Shown here in pieces: positions 51,600 through 64,000 of a stretch of DNA of 64,000 nt. The position numbers and the translations under genes were made by a program. The notes beneath the pieces were generated by a model that had not been told where the DNA came from, did no database searches, and saw only the letters and a list, made by a program, of their open reading frames with translations. Positions within the stretch are counted from its first letter, which is position 1. The number at the start of each line of letters is the position of its first letter. The stretch spans positions 372,001 through 436,000 of the forward strand of contig MU053995.1 of the NCBI GenBank assembly GCA_013239625.1, given 5' to 3'. The DNA comes from Lama guanicoe (Eukaryota).

Positions 51600-53610
51600 T
51601 GGAAATGTAAAAATGGCAGAATAGAGATACTCACAGTTTGCCTTCTCCCACAAATACACCAAGAATTACATCTTCAAATCTAGTGAATTGTATAGAATAC
51701 CTACTGAACTCTAGCAGAAGGTCTCTTACTTTTAAATACAGAATGGTTCTTTTAAAATCCAGCAAGAGAAAAAAAATTGGTGGGTGATCGATCCTGCAGG
51801 GAGGGAGCAACACTGGAAGAAAGGCATCCTCATGGTGGGACACCCCCCTCTCCAGCCAGGAGGTCATCAGGGACAGAAGTGGAGCTTCTAAGGCTCAAAG
51901 GACAAAATGGCAGCTGCTTGGCAGACAGAATTAACCAAGACTGTCATGGAAGGTCCCTGTAATCCCCAGCCCTAGACACAAGCCAGCAGGGACAAGTTGG
52001 GACTGGCTGCTGGAGACAGGTGATGCACTCAGGGAAAGAGCTAGAGCCCACTGCACAGAGGCAGCCTCAGATGAGGGTAGGCAAGTGTGAGTTCTGGCTG
52101 TGGGTATTTGGACAGAACACCCTGGACCCCCCCATAAGAAAAGCACTACTGCTGGTGTGCATGGTTGGGTGAGGGGTGCAATACAGCCAGGCCATAGCCA
52201 CTTTCTTCGCTTGGCTCCATTGTTGGTGTGTTCTCACAAGAAGAGTGGTAGGACTCAGTAATAGCCTTTAGTACTGCATGGAGGTGGGGCTGAAAGCTGA
52301 ATCCATACCCAGCAGCCTTGCAACTTCACAGGTGGGACTCAGATTTGTTTATGGCTGCAGGCAGACGGTGAATTTTTCCCACAGGTGCCTTTGTAGACCC
52401 ACATCTCTGGAATGAACAGGCAGTAACCAGAGTTCTGGCCCACTGTGGGGATGAGTATGGGTATTTACAACAGGACAGCATACCATACCACATGTGGAGG
52501 TGGGGCTGGGGTCTGGGAGCTATCTAATGATTACAGGAGCAATACAAGGATATTAAACTCATTAACATATATGCACCCAATACAGGAGATCTAAATATAT
52601 AAAACAAACACTAACAGACATAAAGGGAGAAATTGATGGGAACACAAAAACAGTAGAAGACTTTAACATGCCACTAACATCATTGGACAGGTCTTCCTGA
52701 CAGAAAATCAATAAGGGAACAGAGACACTAAATGACACAATAGAACAGTTGGACTTGGTTGATACTTCTCAGACTTTACATCCTGCCAAAACAGAATATA
52801 CTTTCCAATTGCTCATGGAACATTCTCTAAGGTAGACCACATACTAAGGCACAAAAGAAGCCTCACAAATTTAAGAGGATATAAATTATTCCAAGCATCT
52901 TCTCTGACCACAACGGCATGAAACTAGAAATCAACCACAGATAAACAAATGAGAAAAAAATGACAGCATGGAGATTAGACAACATGCTGCTAAAAAACAA
53001 ATGGGTCAGTGATGGAATGAAAGAAGAAATTAAAAAATACCTTGAGCAAATGATAATGAAAGCCTAATCACACAAAATCTATGGGATTCAGCAAAAGCAG
53101 TGCTAAGAGGGAAGTTCATAGTGATAGAGGCCTTCCTCAAAAAACAAGAACATTCTCATATAAAAAACTGAACCTACCAACTAAAAGAATTAGAAAAAGA
53201 AGACAAACAAAACTTAAAGTCAGCAGGAGGAAGGACAATAAAGACCAGGGAGTAAATACATAAAATTGAGATTAAAAAAGCAATAGAAAAAAATTAGTCA
53301 AACCAAGAGATGGTTTTTGAAGAGTAAACAAAATTGACTAACCTCTCGCAAGGCTCACCAAGAAGAAAAGAGAGGACACAAAGAAAATAAGAAACAAAAA
53401 TGGAGAAATTACAACCAACACCACAGTAATACAAAAAATCGTAAGAGAATACTATCAACAACTATATGGCAATAAATTAGACAAATTAGAATAAATGGAC
53501 AAGTTTCTAGAAACATACACTCCACAAAAACTGAATCAAGAAGAAATAGATCAGGTGAACAGATCAATCACAAAAGTCAGCTATTAAAAAAACTCCCTGC
53601 AAACAAAACA
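51600..53610 (+). mobile_element. L1 5' UTR joined to an endonuclease-region ORF2 fragment (ORF1 deleted)
   Basis: aaaatggcagaatag start, GC-richer 5' UTR, then aacatatatgcacccaatacagga ORF2 sequence closely resembling 16560-17640. Confidence 0.8.
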
Positions 53611-56600
53611 GTTGCCCATAATCCTGGTATAGATTTCTAGTACCAGAGGTGGCAGAATAAACTTTATTCTCAAAGAAATGTGATCATTTTGACATTTTTG
53701 GGTTCCCTAAGAGGGACTTGTCCTTATATTTTGTAACTTGCAATGCTTTAGTTTCCTGAAAACATTAAAAGCAAATGCATAGCCACCTGGAATCTGGGAG
53801 ATAAGAACTGAAGATAACTATTAACGGAATGAAAAACTTAAAAAGCAAGACTAAGGAACGAGATGCTTTGGGCTTTAAAATTTCCCATATATTCCCAGGA
53901 ATCTAGAAACCTTGACATGCCCAGTCCTGAGTACATGACAGAAAAGACCAGAGAAGGCCCTATACCATCACCTCTAGCTGTCTTACAGTCTCTGGGCAAG
54001 CAGAAAGTAAAGATTAAGGCAGAGATGTAAACAACTTAGCTAAGTATTAAAGGTCTAACACTCCATATACAGAGAATGCAGTTGCAAGGACCAAAAAATT
54101 TTTAAGAAAGTCTCTGTTGAATCCATAGATGACTACCAAACTAATGAAGCAGTAGCTCAGTGGACACACACAAGAAAGTCTTCAGAGGAGGTATGATTTT
54201 AAAATAGCTACATTGTATATTCAAAAGGTTCAGTTTCAAACTAAAATTTACAAGGCATGCAAAGAAACAAAAGTGTATTACCTACTCACAGGGGAAAAAT
54301 GGAAATAAACAAAAACTGCTTCGAAGGAAGCACAGACATTTAACCTACGGCACAAAAATTTAAAATTGACTATTTTAAATTTAATCAAAGAGCTAAAGGA
54401 TAAAGTGGACAAAGAAAGAAGGATAATCATTAGAATGGCTTCTCACTATATAAAGAAGATCAAAAAATAGTTAGAAATTACTTTTTTAAAAAATAGAAAT
54501 TCTGGTTCTACAAAGTACAATAGTTATAGTAAAAAGTTCACCAGAAGAATTTAACAGCAGATGTGACATGTGAGAAAAGAGGCTCAGGAAACTCAAATGT
54601 CAACTAAAATTACCCAACTGAGAAGAAATAAAAGAGAACTTAAAAAATAAGAAAAGAAAAATTTAAAGCACTCTGGGAGGGACACTGTCAAACATATGAA
54701 CACATGACTAATCACAGTCTTGAAAAGCAGACAGAAATAACGACTGAAAACATGATGACATATGCTGACATATCAAAGAAGTTCTACTAAACAAAACATA
54801 AACAAGCAGATGGAAAACTTGAATACCATAAGCCAACTAGAGCTTACAGAAATATACAGGATATTCTATTAATAATAAACAAATATACAAATTTCTCAAG
54901 TTCACATGGAGCATTCTCCAAAATGGACCAATGATACCTCAGTTGAACAGAGATTAACTATTTCCATTTGCAGATGATATTATATTATACCTAGCATACC
55001 TTTAAAAATACAACAAAAAAACTACTAGAGATGATAAATAAGTTTAGCAAATTTGCAATATGTAAGATCAACCCACAAAAATCAGCTGCATTTCTATAGC
55101 AAATGCACTAAATAATTCAAAAAATTGAGGAAACAATTCCTTTTATAATGACATTGAAAAGAATTAAATAGGAATAAATTTAACCAAAGAGGCACAAGAA
55201 TCATACATTGGAAAACTACAAAATACTGCTGAAAGAAATTAAAAGCCACCTAAATAAATAAAAAGACATCCATGTTCACAGGCCAAAATAATTAATATTG
55301 TTAAGATGGGACTACTTTAATGACTTATAGACTTAATGCAGTCCCTATTAAAATCCCCAGAGCCTTCTTTACAGAAATGGGAAATTTAATCTTTACATTC
55401 AGATTGAAAGCAAGAGATCCTAGATATATAGAACAATCTTGTAAAATAACAAAGTTGTAGGATGTATCCTTCCTGATTCAAAATTTGCTATATAAAGCTA
55501 CAGTAGTGGAAACAGTGTGTTAACTGCCTACAGTTGAACATACAGGTCAATGAATTAAGAGTTCAAAATAAAGCCATGAATCTACATTCAACTGATTTTT
55601 GACAAGGATGCCAAGAATGGGGCAAAGAAAAGTTGCTTCAACAAATGGTGCCAGGACAGGTGGACACCTGTATGCAAAAGAATAAAGCTGGAGCTGATTC
55701 CTCACACTAAATATGAATTATCTAAAAATGAATCACAGAAAAACAAATGAATGAATCAAATCATGAAAAAATTAATCTACATTAATAGCAGAAACTATAA
55801 AATAAAATTCTTAGAAGAAAACATAGGGAATAATCTTTATGATCTTCCATTTAGCAATGGTTTCCTGGACATGACATCAAAAACACAAACCTCCAGAGTT
55901 GAAAATAGATAAACTAAAGTCATGAAAATGAAGAACTTGTGTATTAAAGAACATTATCAAAAAGTGACAAATCATTCCTAACGTGGGAGAATATATATGT
56001 AAAGTATATATCTGATAAAAGTTTAATATCCAGACTACAAACATATCTTACAACAAAAATACAACCCAATTCAAAAATGGGCAAAGGACTTAAGCATTTG
56101 TCCAATCAAATACATAAATAGACAAATTGATAAATACCTAGAATATAATACACATATAATATTCTATATTATATGTAACAAGTAAATAAAATATGGCCAA
56201 AATCTTTATCACTAGAGAAATGCAAATCAAAATTACATTGAGACATCCCTTCACACCAACCAGGATGGCTAAACTTTAAAGAGGAAAGTAAAAACTGTTG
56301 TGTTGATGTGGAGAATGATGTGGAGAAATTTGAACCCTATACAATATTGGTGGGAATATAAAATATTTCCATTACTGTGGAAAACAGTTTGATGGTTCCC
56401 CAAAAAGTTAAAGACGAATTAACATATGACCCAAATAAACATATGAACTCAAGAGAACTGAAAATTGGCATTCAAAACAACTCTGCATCAAATGTTCATG
56501 GCAGTATTATTTGTAAGACCCAAAAGGTGCAGACAAGCCAAATGTCCATCAATTGGTGAAAGGATAAACAGCTGTGTTATATACATATAAAATAATATAA

Positions 56601-56945
56601 TTCAACAATAAAAAATAATGAAGTACTAATAATGTTACAACATTAGGAACCTGATATTAAGTGAAAGAAGCCAGACACAAAGCCCACTGGCTGATTAAGT
56701 CTATTTATACATAAATATCTAGAATAGGTAAATTCATAGACAGAAAGATTCAGATTAATGGCTGCCATGGAAAGGCTGGCACAGAAGTGATTCTTTATGG
56801 TTATCGGGTTTTGTTTTAGAGTGATGAAAATGTTCTGAGTTAGACAGTGGTGGCTATAAAACATTGTGAATATATGGCACTAATGTTTAAAATGGTAAAA
56901 ATGGTGAATTTTATTTCAATTATATCTCAAGTTTTTAAAAAAGGA
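53610..56945 (+). mobile_element. Old L1M remnants (ORF1, ORF2, 3' end)
   Basis: tttgcagatgatattat (FADD-like RT motif), aaatgcaaatcaaaa, L1MB-type 3' end. Confidence 0.8.
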
Positions 56946-57271
56946 GATAATACTGCAGCCATCCCCAAATTCAAATTTTAACATTTAAAAATAAAAATAA
57001 AGCTTTAAAAATTAGGTATTACATATATTTACTGTAGTGAGGAACATATAGTGTTTCCCTGTGATGCTTCTTGGTTATCTGCCTAGACACACATACATAC
57101 TCAGGCACACACACACAGATAAACACACAGAGGTCTTCTAAGACACATGTTCATGATGTAAAAGCTGCCTGTTTCTGTCACTAAAGACAGAAAGAGTCTG
57201 TGTCTTCAAATCACAGAAATATATCAGCAATGAACCACTTAAAGCTGAAATGTCTGTTAAAAATTTAAGCA

Positions 57272-57424
57272 GGGGCAGGTTATAGCTCAAGTGGTAGAGT
57301 GTATGCTTAGCATGCACAAGGTCCCGGGGTCAGATCTCAGTATCTTCTCTAAATATAAGTTAAAAAGTAAAACGTAACCACTTCCCCTCAGATAAAGAGA
57401 GAAAAGTAAATTAAAAAAAAAAAA
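57272..57424 (+). mobile_element. tRNA-derived SINE (camelid Vic-1-like)
   Basis: ggggcaggttatagctcaagtggtagagtgtatgcttagcatgcacaaggtccc; A tail; tttaagc repeated on both sides. Confidence 0.85.
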
Positions 57425-57989
57425 GAGTTTAAGCCACAGTTACCTTTAGTTTTGTTTGTTTTTAGGTTTTGTTAGAGTAGCCAAACCAATATCCCAGCTA
57501 ATACATTCTTCACATTATAAAATGTTCTTCCGTATTGTTTTAATTATTAGAAAATTCAGAACAGGTCTAGCCCAGCACACAGTAGGTTAACAATATATAT
57601 TTTTTTCTATTGTTTATAGAGATTATAGAGATAATTGTATCTTTATAGATACATTGTTAAAAAAACAGTGGTAATCTATTACTAGATTCAATTAGTTGCT
57701 TTTTCACTTTCATATTTTGGACATTTTTATACCCACACATTCATACATATCCCAATTCTGTTATCTGCTGCAGAGTAATACCTTTTATTAATATATAAAC
57801 TTATTTGCCAAGTTCCCTACTACAGATCATTTATTTAATTTATCACTTTAACTTTCACAATAACAAACAGGGCAGTTAATAGCCCTGTTTATACTTACAT
57901 ACCTTTAATTCACTAAAGCTGTCAGGTATGGAAGTTACCTAGAAATAGAATATTTCAGTGAAAACTATGTGTGCCAAATGTATGAACCA

Positions 57990-58535
57990 TACAACTCCCA
58001 AATTCTACTCTTAGCTATATAATCAAATGTTCTTAAAACATGTGTTTTAAATAAACACATGCACACAAATGTTCACAACAGAACTACTTAAAATAGCAAA
58101 ATGGTAGAAATAATCCAAATGTCCATCAATTCATGAACATATTAACCAGATATGATATAGCCATATGACAAAATATTATTCAACATGTAGAAGAATGAAG
58201 CACTAATAATATGCACTAATGTAGATGAACCTCATTATATTAAGTGAAAAAGTCAAATGCAAAAGGTTATATATTGTAAGATTCCATTACATTAAATGTC
58301 CAAACTAGATAAACATACAGAGACAGGAAGCAGGGGAGTGATTGCCGGTGGATAGGGAAACATGAAAACAGGGTGTCACTGCTAACGTGCCTGTGGTTTC
58401 TGATACGCAGAGGAAATGTTCTGGAGTTCCTCTGAAATGGTCCTACAATATTGCACAGATACAAAAACTAATGAATTGTACAATTTAAGTGATGAATTGT
58501 ATGTTACTTGAATTGTATCCCAAGTTAAAAAAAGT
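57990..58535 (+). mobile_element. L1MB-type 3' end
   Basis: caaatgttcacaacag...aaatgtccatcaa...gattccatt...gaattgtatgtta. Confidence 0.7.
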
Positions 58536-60439
58536 TAAATTTGACAAATTTTTGTGCAGTTTGTAATAAGCATTATTAGAACATAAAAATACCCATTTCC
58601 CTAGGTTCTTAGACAACTTACCAAAATTTTACCTTCTGTCAATCTATTAGGTGAAAACTGAAATGCTAGTGTTTAAATCTGTATCTCTTTTTGAGTAGTC
58701 TTGTACATTTTCTATGCTTAATAAAAGCCTATTTGTATTTCTTTTGTCTGTTAAGTGCATGCTTATACCTACTCTACTGGAGTGTCTCTTAATTACCAAA
58801 TTTTAATTGTCTTTAAAAATTTAAGAAACTGGCCTTTTGTAATAGGTACTATAATATTCCCCTTGAGTTTTTTGTTTGGTTTGAATTAGAGTTTTATTTA
58901 CAGATACTTTAATTTTTGTGTGATCCAATTTAACAGTATTTTCCTAAATTATTCCTTTATATCAAGCCTTCCTCATTTGAGGATTATACACCATAATCAC
59001 ATTTTCCACTGCTTTCAAAACTTCATTAAAAGTATTATGAAAACAAAAAGACTAGTACATTACATGGATATTTGTAGAATTTTAGGATAACTAAGAAACA
59101 TTTTGAAAAATATAACACTTTTAGTTCAATTGCTAAGTCAGTTGTGTAACTTTTATTTTGGTTGTTGTATTTTTCATATCTAAAACTTCCACTTGGTTCT
59201 TCTTTGTATTTTTTTAAATCTTTACTGAGACTTTTTTTTAGGACTGCCCAGAAACTTGTTCCTCAGTTATCTTTCCCTCTTCAGAATGGTATCTCCTCAT
59301 ACATGTCTGTTCCTATTCACATATATGAACAGAAATAATTTACATGAACAAATGTAGGAGCATATAACCATATTGATTCTTTACTCTCTAGGCAGTTTCC
59401 TATTTCTGGGCAGTTTCCTGTTTCTGGTGTGAGGCGTGCAAGTAGCAACAGATTATTCTCCTAGATTTAAGATTTGCCCATGATAGATTAGTGGCATTGA
59501 GCATAGTGGAACACATGCACTTCCTTCACCTACTCTCTTTTTTATGAGCAATCTTTTCACAAGTATACATAGAAAATCTGTCACAATTTTCATTTTTGTC
59601 ATCATTCTAGGGATCCAAGGATATGAATTTACCTGGTCCTAATTTGATGACCATACTAAACCACTATATTGATAATACTGAGGAACACTATGAGAAAAAT
59701 GATTAATTGAGCTCGTAAGTCACCCAGTTAAATTTCCTTTTTATATGGAGTAACTATAATCTCATACCCTCATCGAGAACTAGTCAGTGAGTCACCTACC
59801 TATTGCAAGTTTCCTTTCCAAATTTATTCTTTAATGTTATTTTTATAACTATAAATTTTTTTCTTTCACATTTTCAAATTATAATTTTTACATAGACAAA
59901 CCAGTTTTTCAAATGTTAATCTGTGACCATCTCTGTATTCTTCATTACATTGTAAAATTTCTGATAAATTTATTTCCCTCAAATACATAATCCTAGAAGT
60001 AAAAATATATGTTCCTTCTATATATATATGTGTGAGTGTGTATATATATATATAATTAGTAACAGTAATACTTGGTTGTTAGTGAGCATGTTTATCTGGA
60101 TCTTAGTAGGAATACTTCTGAGTGTTCTTTCATTATGAAGTATCAAGCAGTCCCTACTTTTTAGTAAGAATTTTTTACTAACCATATTATTTAAGATATA
60201 AGATATTTTGATTTTTAATATTTTACTATTGTGTACTGAGAGATGACTGAAATGACTGTCTCTTAATATTTCATTTCTATTCTGAGGAAATAGTATTTAC
60301 TATTAACTAATAGTATTAACAACCTCACAATTGTTTTACTTTTAGCCTATACAATTGTGTTGCTCTTGTATTTGTAACGTTGAGGAATTCTAATCCCACA
60401 TTAGTTTTGTCTCAGTTTTCCCCATATAAATATAGGAGC

Positions 60440-61112
60440 ATGATAGATTTGTCTGTGTCAACTTATTTAAGTTAGAACAATCCATAACTGTATTCTCTTC
60501 ATAGATCTAGATTAGCACTAGCACAAGGCATTTGCATGAGATTTGTAAGACTGGATGTGAAACAGCTGCTACATTTAAGTTTTATGAAACTCAGTGTGAA
60601 GAAGGCACTGTTGCTGCACACAGACACTATTACTGCTTATCTGCCAGGTCACACGATACGTGATGGTGAGCAGCTGAACTTACAACTCTTCAAATCCTGC
60701 CAGTTCCTTCCTTAACTTCTGGTTCAGATATGTGTTTAGCTCCAAAATGAATAATTCCCAATTCTCCTGCAGGATACCCAAAAAATAAACATTGGAGAGA
60801 GTCTTCCAAGTCAAAAGAGCTCACAAAAAGTTATAATGTGTGCTCCAGAGATCCAGATCGACCCTACAATTGCCAGTTAAAATCCATTCTTTTTCTTTCC
60901 ATCTACTTGCACTGGGGATTTTAGATTTCAGAGCCAGACCTAGAAAAAATGGCCTCTTAAACAGCTGCAAAAATTGTAAAATTCGTGTACACATACATAT
61001 ATATATATACACAGATATACACATTATAGATATAGATATAGATATGAATATAGATGGTGTGTGTGTCTGTCTTTTGAATGGTTCTGCTTCTATGGAGAAG
61101 TCACAACTAAAG
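60440..61112 (+). mobile_element. MLT2-like (ERVL) LTR
   Basis: tgtgtcaactt start, internal TA/CA microsatellite, tggttctgcttctatggagaa end. Confidence 0.65.
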
Positions 61113-61411
61113 AAGGACTCATCTATCTAACCTTCCACACTATACCATCTTCACTTCTGAATTATTTTGATTCATCACTTGGTTAGCTCCTTGTGTTTTT
61201 TCTAGATTTCATACAAATTTCACTATATTTCAGCTGATGTATTATGTTCACTATATTTTGGTTGCCTGAATTGAATGTTTTTACTCTCTTTTAACTAGAG
61301 TCTTGTAAGAGAAATATATCAACTGCAAAATAAGAAGGTTTCATTTATAGGAAGCATACTTTCCAGAAAACCATTATCAACATACATACAAACATTAAAA
61401 ATATAATTTTA

Positions 61412-61558
<147 letters not shown>

Positions 61559-61759
61559 TCACATAAGAAAAAAAAATTTTAGTAATGCAATTGCCTTTAT
61601 CGAATAAATAATACTACACAATCTTAAAATTTCTCACTATAATTCAAATTCTTGCTTAAAAAATGATTTCTCCAGATAAACCAAACCAAAACCAAATCAG
61701 ATCATACATATACATATACATCACTTCTTACAGTGTTTACCATAGATTTGAGTGTCTGT

Positions 61760-62330
61760 GAAATCTATTCCTTTAAGATAATAAGCTAGATGAGAGTTAA
61801 TGGGCCAGAAATGAAAAAGCAACAGCTAAAATAGGGGAAGATAGATTCAAGAGAGCACAGGATCTGGAAAACTACGTAACTTGGAATCTGAGTTCAAATG
61901 AGTAAGAGAGAAAAGAAAATCATTCACAGGTTTCTGTTAGGTATATAATGTTATTTAATAAGCAATATAGAGAAATAGAAGGTAAAGTCTAGCAGTAGGA
62001 CGGCAAAGATAAGGAGTTTTAAATAGGTAGTTTTGTACCATATGTATGTCCATAATGAGATGTTAACTTTTATGTATGGTATAAAATTCAGAATGAAGAT
62101 CTAGGGTAGCAATAGATAGTTAACTGTTATCAATCCACAGATGGTAAAAGAATGGACATAGTTTGCTAGAGAGGAGAGTGTAGATGAGAAGAGCGGGGAC
62201 ATAGTTTTTATAATACTATTAGGATAAGGGCAGAAGGAAACATTCTGTAAAGAAAACAAAGGCCTAATGTCAAGTGAGGAAAGGATAATATTACTATAGC
62301 TAAGTAAGTATGAAAGCAGACAGCATATTC
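61760..62330 (-). mobile_element. Ancient L2 remnant in MBTPS2 intron 4
   Basis: Purine-rich L2-like motifs (gatagattcaagaga, gaggagagtgtagatgagaagag). Confidence 0.5.
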
Positions 62331-63418
62331 AGTAACCCCTCTCCTTTTGTAAATCACCTTAATATGTTCTACAGTCACTTAGTTTTGACTGTCCAAGGGA
62401 AGACATTTGTACAAATAACTTTTTCTTGGCAGCTAGGATTTAAACAGAAATTATTCAGATTATTTCACAAACAGATTTAAAGTGAACATACAATTGGTTA
62501 TGATGGTTCTATATGTAAAACCCCAAAAAATCATAAAGCTAACTATGTTAAAGCAAAAGTAGAAAAGAAAAAAAAGATTCCCACTTAAACAATCACTGTG
62601 TATATCTGTGTAATAGTATATTCTTTCTCAGGATTATGGTTTATTGCTAGTCTAAATACTCTCGTTCTGATTAAATCTCTGCTCTAAAACAATGATTTTT
62701 AATGTCTTATTTGGTCCATGCATCCAAAGCATATAACACATTTTTATAAGTATACTTGGTAGTTAAGACAGTGATTATTAGTGGAGGCCAGATGAGTTGT
62801 AAGTTGGTCTCTCTGTAATCAGTATTAGCGAACTCTTAAAATACTCAGATATAATTCAGTGATAAATTGGGGTAGCCAAGACCAACAACAGGGCATGATA
62901 CTTAAAGCACTTCTCATCCTTCTATCTCCACTTAGGTTTTTAGGTATGCTATGGTACTTATTAACAAACCCAGCACTTTCTTATCTTGCTCTAGACACTA
63001 GAGGACACAGCAGAAACAGAAAAAAAATATTTCAACTAACAAGTTGAAAACACTAAAAAAACAGATGAGAGGACTTTAAAAGCAATGTTTATCATTCTGA
63101 CTCACAGATAAATAGAAATACTAAGTTTAAGGACTAGATGAAAAGCTTTGAAATGCTATGAGAATTTAACTATCCTCAGGAAAGGAAGTCCCAGATTACA
63201 GATAGGGACATGGTTAATTGAATGTATTCATTAATACATTATCATTTTCTATAAAAGATAAGCTGCATCAAAGTAACAATAGTGAATATATAAAGTAGGT
63301 AGCATCTACAGAAAGAAAAAAATACTAATGTACACAATGTAGCAGATTTCAGTAACAAGCCTTTCTAAATTAAAATTTTTATTGCATGTAGAATAAAAAT
63401 AGAGGTAAATATCATTAC

Positions 63419-63508
63419 CTAATAGCTGCTATTCCATGTACAACACCACTAATAAGGACTACAGGGAAGAAATAGGTCAGTGGTTCATGGCAAATTTATA
63501 CCTAAAAC
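63419..63508 (-). pseudogene. MBTPS2: MBTPS2 exon 4, disabled (90 nt versus ~104 nt expected)
   Basis: aaacag|GTT TTA GGT ATA AAT TTG CCA TGA (VLGINLP*, stop 63487-63485), then in a shifted frame [21 protein letters not shown]|gtaatg. Matches [35 protein letters not shown] with four codons missing. Confidence 0.9.
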
Positions 63509-64000
63509 CTGTTTACAGACACAATGATAAACACACATTAAGGCACCAAGAGACCGCAATGTTTACTCTGTATTAAACTTATACATCCAAGCTGAATGTC
63601 CTACTGAAATTAAAATTCAAGGCAGTACGTAAAGCATTTGAAATATTTAGTTAGTTGTGCTACGCATATATATGAAAAACTGTGAGTTGCCTTGTAAATA
63701 AGTGCTACTTTTCTAAAATGCTGTATACATGTGTATCATTGTACATACATGGAAGTTTGCTATTATAATAGGTACGTTGTACATTTTTTTAAAAAGTCAA
63801 GAATCTTTTAAGATAATCAGTCCCAAGTTGTTTTATCAGTTAAGAAGAGATTCTATAAATCAGGCTAAGTGGGCACACTTAAAGTAAACTTATATACACC
63901 TGCTTCTCATAGTGCAGGATTCTGAACTCAAAGTTATCCTTCTGAGAAAATTCTCTCCTTTATCAGATAATATAAATAAGTTGTTTTTTAAACTGAAGTA

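Noticed and set aside
62715..62731. catccaaagc resembling the MBTPS2 last-exon ALDG codons
   Set aside because: Only ~10 nt match, wrong position (intron 4), no flanking homology

Overview
AT-rich, L1/LTR-dense mammalian genomic DNA. The tRNA-derived SINEs and L1 3' ends look camelid (inference). Two genes lie on the minus strand. (1) A complete 12-exon eIF2-gamma gene, CDS 27511->6888, 1419 nt, 472 aa, all introns GT-AG. Its divergence and context point to the Y gametolog EIF2S3Y. (2) Missed by the ORF track, three intron-separated exons (4, 5, 6) of MBTPS2 (site-2 protease) at 63508-63419, 61550-61423 and 45612-45494. Exon 4 has a 2-nt net frameshift, an early stop and a 12-nt deletion removing the catalytic HEIGH (HExxH) motif, and exons 7-11 were not found. 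This looks like an unprocessed Y-linked MBTPS2 relic (MBTPS2Y) only ~18 kb upstream of EIF2S3Y, whereas the two genes are ~2 Mb apart on the human X. Also present: a candidate regulated cassette/poison exon in EIF2S3Y intron 4, two U6 retrocopies, a probable L1 3' transduction, 5'-inverted L1s and ERV remnants. Human reference comparisons are from recalled sequences, not from a database search.
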